DNA of 64,000 nt from Acaryochloridaceae cyanobacterium VAR_48_metabat_390 (GTDB lineage: Bacteria; Cyanobacteriota; Cyanobacteriia; Thermosynechococcales; Thermosynechococcaceae), in assembly GCA_031422435.1 (NCBI GenBank), contig JANPLU010000107.1, forward strand, positions 50,622 to 114,621. The letters run 5' to 3'. The notes under the pieces are model-generated. The model searched no databases. It was not told the DNA's origin and saw only the letters and a list, made by a program, of their open reading frames with translations. Positions 55,570-64,000 of this stretch are shown piece after piece. Both the position numbers and the translations under genes were made by a program. The first letter of the stretch is position 1, and every line of letters starts with the position of its first letter.

Positions 55570-56922
55570 TTAACCCTGTTTCGCCAGATTAAAGAACTTC
55601 GTTTGCCCAGGCTGAAACAAAAGCTTCACCGTTCCCACCGGCCCATTCCGGTGTTTGGCTAAAATCAATTCGCAAACGCCCTTCTCTGGCGTATCGGGGT
55701 TGTAATAATCATCGCGGTACAGCAGCACAATTAAATCAGCATCCTGCTCGATCGCCCCAGATTCCCGAAGGTCTGACATCAGCGGACGCTTATTGGTACG
55801 CGCCTCCACGCCTCGACTGAGCTGAGACAGCGCAATAATGGGCACATGCAGCTCACGAGCTAGCCCCTTCAGCGATCGCGTAATTTTTGACAGCTCTTGC
55901 ACCCGACCTTCTGTCCCATCGCCACCACCCATGAGCTGAAGGTAGTCCAGCATAATCAGACCCAACCCTTCAGGGCGCTCAGCCTGAAGCCGACGGGCGC
56001 TAGAGCGAATTTCATTCACGCTGGGGTTGGGGGAATCATCAATGTAGATGGGGAGCTGAGAGAGCGTCCCGATAGCGCGGCTGAGGGGTTCCCACTGGGT
56101 TTCGTGGATGCGGCCTGCCCGTAAATAGTTGCTATCAATGCCCGACTCGCTCGCCAGCAGTCGCTGCACCAACTGCTCTTTCGACATTTCTAAGCTAAAC
56201 AACGCCACACCCGTCCGGTGAATTTCTGAAATTTGGCGTGCAATCTGCACAGAGAGCGCCGTCTTACCCATCGAGGGTCGCCCCGCCACAATAATTAAGT
56301 CAGAGCGCTGAAAGCCTTGGGTCATAGCATCTAGGTCGTAGAACCCACAGGATAGACCCGGCAATACTTCACCCAGCGATCGCTGTTCTAATTCCGCAAA
56401 GGTGCTGGCCAAAATTTCTTCCGTCGCCGTCAACCCCTGCCGGACGCGATCTTGCGTGACTGAGAAAATTTTCTGCTCAGCTTGGTCTAGCACCACCTCT
56501 AGCTTTTTGGAGGTGTCATAAGCGCCATGCACCACCTCGTTGGCAGCTTTAATGAGCTGACGACGCAAAAACTTGTCTTTAATCAGCGCCGCATACTGAT
56601 CGACGTTCACCGCGCTGACGGTGCGGTCTACTAATTGCGTGAGCTTGCCCTGACCACCCACCTTGTCTAATAAACTTTGATCCTGAAGCCATGCCGTAAT
56701 GCACATCAAGTCTGTCGGGCTACCCTGGGCATGAAGCGCCAGCGCCGCCCGATAAATCTCCTGATGGGCGCTTAGGTAAAAGGCATCGGGCTTAAGCAAA
56801 TCTGCAACCCGACCAATGGCTTCCGCATCCAGCAAAATACCCCCCAGAATCAGCTCTTCAGCCTCAACATTTTGGGGGGGGAGATGCTCAACTTCGGGCT
56901 GAAAACTTAGCTCATACACCAT
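55570..56922 (-). CDS. dnaB: Replicative DNA helicase, no intein
   Basis: LPPQNVEAE, AGRPSMGKT, FSLEMS, DYLQL, LSQLSR, DLRESG.IEQDAD, KHRNGP. Confidence 0.97.
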   Translation of the reverse strand: MVYELSFQPEVEHLPPQNVEAEELILGGILLDAEAIGRVADLLKPDAFYLSAHQEIYRAALALHAQGSPTDLMCITAWLQDQSLLDKVGGQGKLTQLVDRTVSAVNVDQYAALIKDKFLRRQLIKAANEVVHGAYDTSKKLEVVLDQAEQKIFSVTQDRVRQGLTATEEILASTFAELEQRSLGEVLPGLSCGFYDLDAMTQGFQRSDLIIVAGRPSMGKTALSVQIARQISEIHRTGVALFSLEMSKEQLVQRLLASESGIDSNYLRAGRIHETQWEPLSRAIGTLSQLPIYIDDSPNPSVNEIRSSARRLQAERPEGLGLIMLDYLQLMGGGDGTEGRVQELSKITRSLKGLARELHVPIIALSQLSRGVEARTNKRPLMSDLRESGAIEQDADLIVLLYRDDYYNPDTPEKGVCELILAKHRNGPVGTVKLLFQPGQTKFFNLAKQG

Positions 56923-56997
56923 GAACCGATGACCCTCTTATATTTTCAGCCCTATTTAAGGAATTCAAGATGTGCTGTACTAGCAGATGGCTTTCAG

Positions 56998-57456
56998 TTA
57001 GTCAGCCACCACTTCTACCACCACTTCTACCACCACTTCTGGGTGTAGTTTTAGCTCAGCCGTAAAGGTGCCTAGCTTACGAATTTCGGGTGCCGTTAGG
57101 TGACGACGATCCACTTCAATACCGCTGGCTTCCTGAAGCGCTGCTGCAATATCTGCGGCTGTAACGCTGCCAAACAGCATGTCTTCTTCACCCGCTTTTT
57201 GAGCAATGGTGAGTGTCCCTACCTTAAGTAAGGTTTCTTTTTGCGCCTCGGCTTCTTTTTTAAGCTCAGCCAGTCGCTTGATTTCTTCAGCGCGACGGCG
57301 CTCCATTTGCTTCATGACCCCTGGCGTTGCCTTAAACGCCTTACCTTGGGGCACTAAATAGTTGCGGGCATAGCCTGGAGCAACTTCTACTAAGTCCCCT
57401 AAGTGTCCCAATTTAGGAACTTCTTGATTTAATACTAGCTGAACGCGCTTTGCCAT
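56998..57456 (-). CDS. rplI: 50S ribosomal protein L9
   Basis: [30 protein letters not shown]. Confidence 0.97.
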   Translation of the reverse strand: MAKRVQLVLNQEVPKLGHLGDLVEVAPGYARNYLVPQGKAFKATPGVMKQMERRRAEEIKRLAELKKEAEAQKETLLKVGTLTIAQKAGEEDMLFGSVTAADIAAALQEASGIEVDRRHLTAPEIRKLGTFTAELKLHPEVVVEVVVEVVAD

Positions 57457-57536
57457 AACTTCTCTCTACGTCAATCCGTACCGCTGGAACCTCAAACACT
57501 TCATCATACCGAAGGACTGCTGCAATGGCAATGAGT

Positions 57537-57995
57537 TCAACATTCCTCATCTAAAGTCTGCTCGATGGTGAAAGGGCAGCGTTCAGGAAAAGTGCTGAGC
57601 GGCAAACCGGTTTCTTTAACTGCACCCCGTCGAGCAGCTGTATAGGCTTTGTCCAAAACCGCTGCCGGATAAGACCTGAGGCTGGGGCTATCTTCTACAA
57701 TCTGCTCAATTTCTTGGCGGTTATTCCAAATCGTGATGTCCCAAGAGCGGGTTTGTCTATCGGGTTGGTATTTCCGCTTCAGTCTGTGTATTAGAAGAAC
57801 CGTGAGCCGACTTAAGATTTCACGCTGATCCCGTTTGCTCATGCTCTCCAGTTCATCAATCAGATTCTCGATGTCCAGCTCATCAAAGCGCTGAGATTTG
57901 AGCAGATCAACAGTCTGCTTAATCCAAAGATTGAAGTCTTGATCATATTGAACAGAAGCGTGTGCCAGGGTCATATCAAAAGTGGGGTCGCTCAT
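57537..57995 (-). CDS. DUF29 family protein
   Basis: YDQDFNLW, LDIENLIDELESM, DSPSL, ETGL...FP..CPF. Confidence 0.9.
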   Translation of the reverse strand: MSDPTFDMTLAHASVQYDQDFNLWIKQTVDLLKSQRFDELDIENLIDELESMSKRDQREILSRLTVLLIHRLKRKYQPDRQTRSWDITIWNNRQEIEQIVEDSPSLRSYPAAVLDKAYTAARRGAVKETGLPLSTFPERCPFTIEQTLDEEC

Positions 57996-58073
57996 AGTCC
58001 CCACAAAACGTTCAATATTCCTTTTGTATTATAAACGGGCTTCACTACCCCCTCAGTCATGTATTAAGCACAC

Positions 58074-58967
58074 TTAGATTAAAACCGTGCCGTGGTCAAA
58101 CGCTTGCCCGTCGGTTCCAATTCCCTGAATTTCAATGCGGTCCGTATAAACCTCTAGCGCAGAGAATCCATAGCGAGATTCCGCATAAGCTGTCCAGTCA
58201 GACTTGCCGACAGGACGTAAGCTAGCCCCACCAATTCCGGTAATAAGGTAGGTCGTGCCGTTAATTGCAGTGGTGCGCTCATAGTGATGTTCGTGCCCAT
58301 TGATGTAGATCTGCACGCGATATCGCTTAAATAAAGGTGTTAATCGCGCCACCATATCTTTATCGGTGCCATATATCCCAGATGCATAGATAGGATGGTG
58401 CCCGTAGACAATCTTCCAGGGTGCATTACTTTGGCGTAAGGTTTTCTCTAGCCATGCTAACTGAGCATTCCAATCCGCATTAACATTAGTATCCAGCACA
58501 AAAAACTGCACGGATTCTTTGCGATAGGTGTAGTATCGCCCCGTCATATTGAAAAGCGGATATTTGACCTGAAGGTCGCCATTTTGAGTGCGAATGTCGT
58601 GGTTGCCGAGACAGGCGCGAAACTCAACGCCCTGCTTGAGCAGATCGGCATAGGGATGCTCAAAGACAGAGGTGATTTTTTCAAATTCACCGTTGGTATA
58701 AATATTGTCTCCCCCTAAGACTGCTAGTTGATAGGGGTGATTGCGGTAATAGCCTTTCATCGCCTGCACAACGTCATACTGGTTCTGGTCGCCTGAACCA
58801 GTATCTGCGATCGCGACAAACCGTAAAGTTGAGCTTGATTTAGCAGTGGAAGGGACTTTTGTCGCTCCCGTCACAGACTTACTCAAAACTGCAAGTCCAA
58901 GTCCACTCAGTCCTCCTAGGGCCAGGCAGTGCCGACGATTCATTCGCATAAACCTGTTTAACCCCAA
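58074..58967 (-). CDS. Metallophosphoesterase (purple acid phosphatase-like), probable Tat signal
   Basis: MNRR N-terminus; ADTG, GDNIY, LGNHD, GHHP, NGHEHHYER. Confidence 0.9.
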   Translation of the reverse strand: MGLNRFMRMNRRHCLALGGLSGLGLAVLSKSVTGATKVPSTAKSSSTLRFVAIADTGSGDQNQYDVVQAMKGYYRNHPYQLAVLGGDNIYTNGEFEKITSVFEHPYADLLKQGVEFRACLGNHDIRTQNGDLQVKYPLFNMTGRYYTYRKESVQFFVLDTNVNADWNAQLAWLEKTLRQSNAPWKIVYGHHPIYASGIYGTDKDMVARLTPLFKRYRVQIYINGHEHHYERTTAINGTTYLITGIGGASLRPVGKSDWTAYAESRYGFSALEVYTDRIEIQGIGTDGQAFDHGTVLI

Positions 58968-59298
58968 CCTAAGATTTTGTCAGTATACCCTGGGCCACTG
59001 TTTGAGACATCAGCTTAGACCATAAAGAAGGATTGAATGACAGGAGCGGATCAGCTAGACCAGTCGTTTCAAAAAATTTAGCGACGACAAATATTTTGTC
59101 ACCAGAGTAATATCGGTCATTGACCTGGGGCATCTTAAAAACACAGCAAAAATTACGCTGCGGGTCATCAATCTGCCCTTCGCTATGTCTCTTAGGGCAA
59201 ATCCGTCTCCGTAGTCCTACACAGAACGCTTTTCAGCATTTTAGCCTCTTATTGATCCTCACTCCATCCATCCTCAGCATCCTGAATCGAGAGAAATT

Positions 59299-60603
59299 AT
59301 GCACCCTCAGCTTTGGCATCACTGGTTAAATTTTGTTGTCCCTCAATCCTTCATTTCTCTCGGCACGATTGCAGCACTCTGCACGGGCACTGGCCTCATA
59401 CCCGTTTATGCCCAGTCTTTGAGCAGCACTAGCGGCGTGAATGCCACTGCTGCAAATCTTCCTGCTGCAAAAGCTCAGCTATTCGTTAACCCCAACTTGG
59501 GCAAAGACGATGTGAGTGCTGGACGAGATGCGTCCACGCCCTTTAAAACCATCTCTTTTGCGTTTGGGCAAGCACAGTCTGGAATGGTTATTCAGCTTGC
59601 ACCTGGAAACTACACCCCAGAGTCCGGAGAGGTTTTCCCGCTGACTGTACCCCAGGGCGTTACCCTTCAGGGAAACGAATTTAATCAGGGTGGCAACACC
59701 ACCATTACGGGCGGCGGGTTTTCCTCTAGCTCTTGGTGGGGTTCTCAAAATGCAGCCCTTTGGGCAAAGGCTAACAGCCAAATTATCGGCGTTTCTGTCA
59801 CCAACCCTAACTCTCGCGGTACGGGCATTTGGATTGAGTCTGCCAATGTCGCAGTTCGGGGCTGCACGTTCAGTAAAAGTGCAAGAGAAGGCGTTTTTGT
59901 TGCGGGGAAGGCCAGCGCCACCGTTGAAAACAATCTGTTTTTTGAAAATAGCGCTAATGGCATTGCCCTGACAGGGATGTCTACAGGCATGGTGCGGAAT
60001 AACACGTTTCAAAGAACGGGATTTGGCATTGCGGTGAGCGAAAAAGCCTCACCGCAACTGGTCAATAATCGCGTACAGGACAATGTAGATGGTATTGTAG
60101 TGAGCCACTCAGCAACACCCCAACTGCGCGGCAACGTGGTAGAAGGCAGTAAGAGAGACGGCTTGGTCGCTATTTCTGAGGCAAAGCCCGATTTGGGTAG
60201 TGCCGCTACACCAGGTCGTAATATCTTCCGTAATAATGGTCGGTTTGCAATTTACAATGCCACGCTCAAAAATGCCCTTATGGCTGAGGGTAATGATGTA
60301 GCAGGCACCATGCAGCTAGCAGCTAATGGCCCGACGGGCGTAGATCAAAATACGCCTCCATCATTAGAGTTAGAGGCTTATAAAGCAAAACTTCCAGTCA
60401 TTGCACCTAATGCAGTGGCAATCCCTGGATCCATGGCGGCAAACCAAGAGTCCACGCCCATGAAGGCCGTTCCTGTGGCAAAGGTCGCCCCTGCTAGCAA
60501 AACGGTTGCAAGCACCATTAAACCTAAGCAGAGTTTGAGTAAAGCTCCAACCGTGAAATATAAGGGGAAAACCTACGTTTTGCTTGAAAGTGTCACTCGT
60601 TAG
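59299..60603 (+). CDS. DUF1565 parallel beta-helix exported protein
   Basis: LFVNP..G.D...PFKTI..A, IQLAPG.Y....GE.FPL, PDLG....PGRNIFRNN. Confidence 0.85.
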   Translation: MHPQLWHHWLNFVVPQSFISLGTIAALCTGTGLIPVYAQSLSSTSGVNATAANLPAAKAQLFVNPNLGKDDVSAGRDASTPFKTISFAFGQAQSGMVIQLAPGNYTPESGEVFPLTVPQGVTLQGNEFNQGGNTTITGGGFSSSSWWGSQNAALWAKANSQIIGVSVTNPNSRGTGIWIESANVAVRGCTFSKSAREGVFVAGKASATVENNLFFENSANGIALTGMSTGMVRNNTFQRTGFGIAVSEKASPQLVNNRVQDNVDGIVVSHSATPQLRGNVVEGSKRDGLVAISEAKPDLGSAATPGRNIFRNNGRFAIYNATLKNALMAEGNDVAGTMQLAANGPTGVDQNTPPSLELEAYKAKLPVIAPNAVAIPGSMAANQESTPMKAVPVAKVAPASKTVASTIKPKQSLSKAPTVKYKGKTYVLLESVTR

Positions 60604-60679
60604 CGCAATAAGCGACCTTAAGCATTGCAGCCTCGCGACCGATACAGTAAATTTCTGCAATGTGGATGCTTGGAGCCTA

Positions 60680-60713
60680 GCGATCGCCTCTCCATAAACG
60701 GAAAGGCGATCGC
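60680..60713. terminator. Hairpin built from two HIP1 sites between convergent genes
   Basis: gcgatcgcctctcc-ataaac-ggaaaggcgatcgc. Confidence 0.45.
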
Positions 60714-60736
60714 CGTTGAATTGCGCTAACCCACCG

Positions 60737-61396
60737 CTAGGTACCCTGCATGGCAATACTTCTCGCCATAATCATGTACTGAAAAATAAATTCCATTACC
60801 TCAACTCGATTTCTGGCTTCCTCCGGAGAGAGACCCCAGACCGTCACGCCGTGGTCACGAATCAAACACGCCGAAACTTGCGGTGGCTTCTGCCCAAATC
60901 GCTCCAGTATCTCTGCACCAATGTGAGGTACTTTGAAATGATTCTCAAGCAGCGACAGATAAACCGTAGGGTTTTCCTGCCAAATACCCAGTCCCTTGAT
61001 CATTTCAATAGCAGGAAGCTGAATATGATTAAGGGTAGTGAGGCGAGAGACTAGGTTAGCAGACACTGAATGAACGTGGTAGCAGGCCATTGCATCAGGA
61101 AAAAGCCGATAAACGGCCTGGTGAATGCTGGTTTCAGCAGAAGGTTTTGCAGTGGGGATAGGCTGGGTCAGCAGTTGACCATCTAAAGACATTTGCACAA
61201 ACTGGTCTAAGGTCAGTTCCCCCTTGGAGCCGCCGCTGGCGGTAATCCAAAAGCTGCCGTCTGGACCTCGCGTAGATAAATTGCCAGCAGTGCCCCACAT
61301 CCAGCCGCGCTCATAAAAGGAGCGGGCGTGGGCTATGAGTGTAGATCTAGGATCGTGCGGGGTGGACTCTTGGTGCGCAGCTATCGCCTCTGCCAT
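60737..61396 (-). CDS. mtnB: Methylthioribulose-1-phosphate dehydratase
   Basis: FYERGWM.GTAGNLS, FWITASG..KG.L, KPSAETSIH, HVHS, EMIKGLG, DHGVTVWG. Confidence 0.92.
   Translation of the reverse strand: MAEAIAAHQESTPHDPRSTLIAHARSFYERGWMWGTAGNLSTRGPDGSFWITASGGSKGELTLDQFVQMSLDGQLLTQPIPTAKPSAETSIHQAVYRLFPDAMACYHVHSVSANLVSRLTTLNHIQLPAIEMIKGLGIWQENPTVYLSLLENHFKVPHIGAEILERFGQKPPQVSACLIRDHGVTVWGLSPEEARNRVEVMEFIFQYMIMARSIAMQGT
61362..61388 (-). repeat. HIP1-inserted 18-nt element, copy 5 (in-frame, AIAAHQEST)
   Basis: 61364-61388 identical over 25 nt to 36867-36891. Confidence 0.85.
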
Positions 61397-61570
61397 TTCT
61401 TTATCCGTAAAGATTATGATCTCGTTATGACTCAGGTAGATATTAATTTTGGTTTATTTCGCCCAACATGCCCACTATAAGGGGCAAGTTGGCTAATGTT
61501 GCGATTGGATTTGATATCGAAATGGAGAGAGAAGTCATTCACAGCGTGCGGTTAACGGAAGGACGGCAGC

Positions 61571-62149
61571 ATGGGAATTGATGTGGAGTCCATCCTTGAT
61601 GGCTACCGCCAGGGCTACTTTTTGATGGCGGAAGATGATGAGTCAGATTTAGCCTGGTATACCAGCCAAGAACGCACGCTAATTCCACTGGATGAGCGCT
61701 TTCATGTACCGCGATCGCTCCGTCGGGCAATCAATCAAAACCAATTTGAGGTTGCCATTAATCAAGACTTTTGGGGGGTAGTAGAAGGATGCGCCAACCG
61801 CAAAAGCACCTGGATCTCTCAGGAACTCAGGGAGATCTATGGGGCGCTACACCAAGCGGGTTGGGCGCACAGTTTTGAAGCTTGGCAGGGCAACCAACTC
61901 GCAGGGGGCATTTTGGGCCTTAGCATTGGTGGCATGTTTATTGGCGAGTCCATGTTTTACACTGTACCGGAGGGTTCTAAGGTAGCAATGGTGAAGCTGG
62001 TAGCGCATCTGCGATCGCGGGGCTACCTGATGTTTGATGCCCAGCTCATGAATCCTCATCTGGCTCGGTTTGGCGCCTATACGCTGGGGGGTAGAGCATA
62101 CCAAAAGCGATTGATTCAGGCGCTTCGCCAACCCTGCATGTTTCCGTAA
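61571..62149 (+). CDS. aat: Leucyl/phenylalanyl-tRNA--protein transferase
   Basis: GY.QGYFLMA, TWIS, AHSFEAW, FIGESMF, SKVAM, FDAQL.NPHL.RFGA. Confidence 0.93.
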   Translation: MGIDVESILDGYRQGYFLMAEDDESDLAWYTSQERTLIPLDERFHVPRSLRRAINQNQFEVAINQDFWGVVEGCANRKSTWISQELREIYGALHQAGWAHSFEAWQGNQLAGGILGLSIGGMFIGESMFYTVPEGSKVAMVKLVAHLRSRGYLMFDAQLMNPHLARFGAYTLGGRAYQKRLIQALRQPCMFP

Positions 62150-62173
62150 GGATTGGAGCGGCGATCGCCGTCC

Positions 62174-63028
62174 CTAAAACAAGCCAAGCTGAGTCGGCTC
62201 AGCCGGAATTTGATCCCACGGGAGTGGCGGAACAGGTGAATGACGGTCTTCTAACAGCTGCTGAAAATACCGAGCATTTTGAGGAGAATGTTCCTCTATA
62301 GGGCAATGGACAATGAAATAAATGTTGGTTCCTTGCGCCATCCAGTTTTGAAGATGCGTGACCCAATCATTCATAAAGTCGTGATTAAAGCCTTGATTGG
62401 GATGGCTAATGTAGCGAATCAAGGTAAAAGGAGCCGTAACCACAGGCTGAAGGGGCAGTTTGGGTTTACGGCGCTCGGACATAAGCTGCGGGTTGTCTTC
62501 GCATTCATAAATTGGACGCGTATCTAGCAACACCCGACCAATGGATAGGCTTTGCAGCAGCGCATTAAGCTGTGCAGACTCAGCGGACTGGAACCACTGA
62601 GGATGCCGAACTTCTAAGGCAACGTCTGTTCCACAGACACTTAGCCCTGTCAGAAATGCTTCTAAATCTTGGAAAAATTGAGGGCCATAGTTGGGCGGAA
62701 GCTGAGCAAAAATAGGGCCAAGGCGATTTCCTAATCCCTGCATCAGTTCAACAAACTTTAGTGCCGCATCAATTTTGGGCTGTAGTGCGCCTTCATGGGT
62801 GATGCTGCGGGGTAACTTTGGGCAAAACTTAAACCCTTCCGGCGTTTCCAGCGCCCATCGCGTCACGGTATCGGGACTGGGGACAGCGTAAAACGTGGCG
62901 TTGCACTCAACGGTCATAAACCGATGGCTGTAAAGCGGCAAAAATTTTGAAGGCGCACTTCCGGTCGGAAATAAATCACCCAGCCAGCCTTTATACGCCC
63001 AAATGGCGCAACCCAATCTAAAGTTCAT
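62174..63028 (-). CDS. DUF72 family protein
   Basis: GCAIWAYKGW, VECNATFYAVP, FKFCPKLP..ITH, QLPP, EVRH..W. Confidence 0.92.
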   Translation of the reverse strand: MNFRLGCAIWAYKGWLGDLFPTGSAPSKFLPLYSHRFMTVECNATFYAVPSPDTVTRWALETPEGFKFCPKLPRSITHEGALQPKIDAALKFVELMQGLGNRLGPIFAQLPPNYGPQFFQDLEAFLTGLSVCGTDVALEVRHPQWFQSAESAQLNALLQSLSIGRVLLDTRPIYECEDNPQLMSERRKPKLPLQPVVTAPFTLIRYISHPNQGFNHDFMNDWVTHLQNWMAQGTNIYFIVHCPIEEHSPQNARYFQQLLEDRHSPVPPLPWDQIPAEPTQLGLF

Positions 63029-63587
63029 CGCTGTCTAAGATCCACCGCAATTTGCCTAATCCTAGACGAATGCGCGTTTTAATCGTGCCCAATGCCAAAC
63101 CTGTCTGAGATGAAATTTCAGACTGCGATAGCCCGCTATAATAGGCCAACTCCAATACAAGACGCTGCTCTGGCGGGATTTTTGCCAACGCAGCTAACAC
63201 GCGATCGCGGCGGTCTTGAATCAGCAGGTTTTCTTCTGGCGCATTTCCAGCACTAATAGACTGTACTTGGGCTGCATCTGTGAAAGCATAGACCACTTTT
63301 TCTCGGCGCTGTCTGGCTCGTAGCCGATCTAGGGTACGGCTGCGCGTCATCATAAATAGCCAGCCGTCTACTCGTCCCCGCTCAGAGCGATAGGCATTGG
63401 CAGTATTCCAGACCTGAGCAAATACGTCCAACACCACTTCTTCGGCCTCTTCCACAGAGCCTAGTATCTGGAGCGCAACGGCATACATAATGCGAGCATA
63501 GCGAGCATAAAGCTGTGACAGAGCAGTCTGATTGCGTTGAGTAATTTGCTGAATCAGCGAGAGATCGTCGAAGCCGTTTGGAATCAT
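63018..63587 (-). CDS. ECF sigma-70 factor (SigK-like)
   Basis: AEEVVLDVF.QVW, GWL..TRSR.LD.LR, LAYYSGLSQSEI....LGTIKTRIR. Confidence 0.9.
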   Translation of the reverse strand: MIPNGFDDLSLIQQITQRNQTALSQLYARYARIMYAVALQILGSVEEAEEVVLDVFAQVWNTANAYRSERGRVDGWLFMMTRSRTLDRLRARQRREKVVYAFTDAAQVQSISAGNAPEENLLIQDRRDRVLAALAKIPPEQRLVLELAYYSGLSQSEISSQTGLALGTIKTRIRLGLGKLRWILDSDEL

Positions 63588-63695
63588 GCGAAAGGCTGGA
63601 GGTCAGCTTTAGGAACAAGAAGGCTGCTTTTAGAGAGGTCACATTTTTACACTTTTATAGCCAAGCTTCATTATCTGGGGACAGTGAAGTCTACG

Positions 63696-63741
63696 CAATA
63701 AAATGCCCCACAGATATCTTTTGAGACATCTATGGGGCATT
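63696..63741 (-). terminator. Intrinsic terminator of psbD
   Basis: minus strand aatgccccatagatgtct-caaa-agatatctgtggggcatt-ttatt; mismatches are G-U pairs only on the minus strand. Confidence 0.8.
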
Positions 63742-63774
63742 GTGTAAAAAGCTTAGATTTAGCCTCGACAGACT

Positions 63775-64000
63775 CTACAGTGCGTTACCGCGAGGTAGAA
63801 CTTCCTCAGGGAATACAAAATGTTCGTGGGGCTGATCTTGAGGAGCCATCCAGGCTCTTAGACCTTCGTTGAGCAGAATGTTCTTCGTGTAGAACGTCTC
63901 AAACTCAGGGTCTTCTGCTGCCCGAATCTCTTGACTGATGAAGTCATAAGACCGCAGGTTCAGCGCAATCCCAATAATGCCGATAGAAGCCATCCACAAT
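63775..64000 (-). CDS. psbD: Photosystem II D2 protein, 3' part (stand-alone copy)
   Basis: [46 protein letters not shown]; truncated by the window edge. Confidence 0.97.
   Translation of the reverse strand, partial: LWMASIGIIGIALNLRSYDFISQEIRAAEDPEFETFYTKNILLNEGLRAWMAPQDQPHEHFVFPEEVLPRGNAL

Larger units (their letters stand above)
1..64000. repeat. HIP1 octamer GCGATCGC dispersed throughout the window
   Basis: Dozens of occurrences by eye, often as GGCGATCGCC, in coding and non-coding DNA. Confidence 0.95.

Noticed and set aside
57006..57039. Tandem 12-nt repeat (accacttctacc)
   Set aside because: It encodes the [12 protein letters not shown]-terminal strand of L9, which is coding low complexity.
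60435..60458. accaagagtccac (MAANQESTP) resembling the 18-nt element
   Set aside because: Only 13 nt match and there is no split HIP1 on the left; it could be a decayed copy or chance, so it was not counted.
63775..64000. Far-red-light D2 isoform
   Set aside because: The fragment is too short and no FaRLiP cluster genes are adjacent in the window.
1..64000. Many short antisense or overlapping ORFs in the track (e.g. 12896-13351, 37114-37605, 59479-60012), and tRNA, rRNA, CRISPR or transposase genes
   Set aside because: The short ORFs are shadows of well-supported genes with no recognisable motifs; no structural RNA gene, CRISPR array, integrase or transposase was recognised by eye.

Overview
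A cyanobacterial chromosome segment, judged from ycf3, ndhO, cruP, psbD and abundant HIP1 GCGATCGC octamers. Most of it is housekeeping: ycf3-gatC, glycosyltransferases, lptF/G, mdh-ndhO, dnaX, an RND efflux pair, comEC, dnaB-rplI, mtnB, aat and a stand-alone psbD. Three accessory blocks stand out. (1) 15.5-27.9 kb: a stand-alone A-T-R NRPS-like reductase with a proline-like specificity code. It is preceded by a perfect 24-bp inverted repeat and followed co-directionally by a Cache-type hybrid kinase, a REC-GGDEF-EAL protein, a PAS kinase and a REC-pseudokinase, a candidate signal-synthase/receptor/c-di-GMP circuit. (2) 33-40.5 kb: a catalase-like protein fused to two 'HFARW' domains, a long DyP peroxidase and a convergent NB-ARC/WD40 STAND protein. 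(3) 51.2-55.6 kb: a decaying toxin-antitoxin stack downstream of dnaB, with HIP1-bounded direct repeats at its junctions. An 18-nt element is inserted inside HIP1 sites at five loci. Four copies are in-frame in genes (reading AIAAH[Q/P]ES), and the fifth has an empty-site counterpart in the window. A c-di-AMP (ydaO) riboswitch precedes a USP gene. All calls come from reading the sequence and recognising motifs; no database searches were run.
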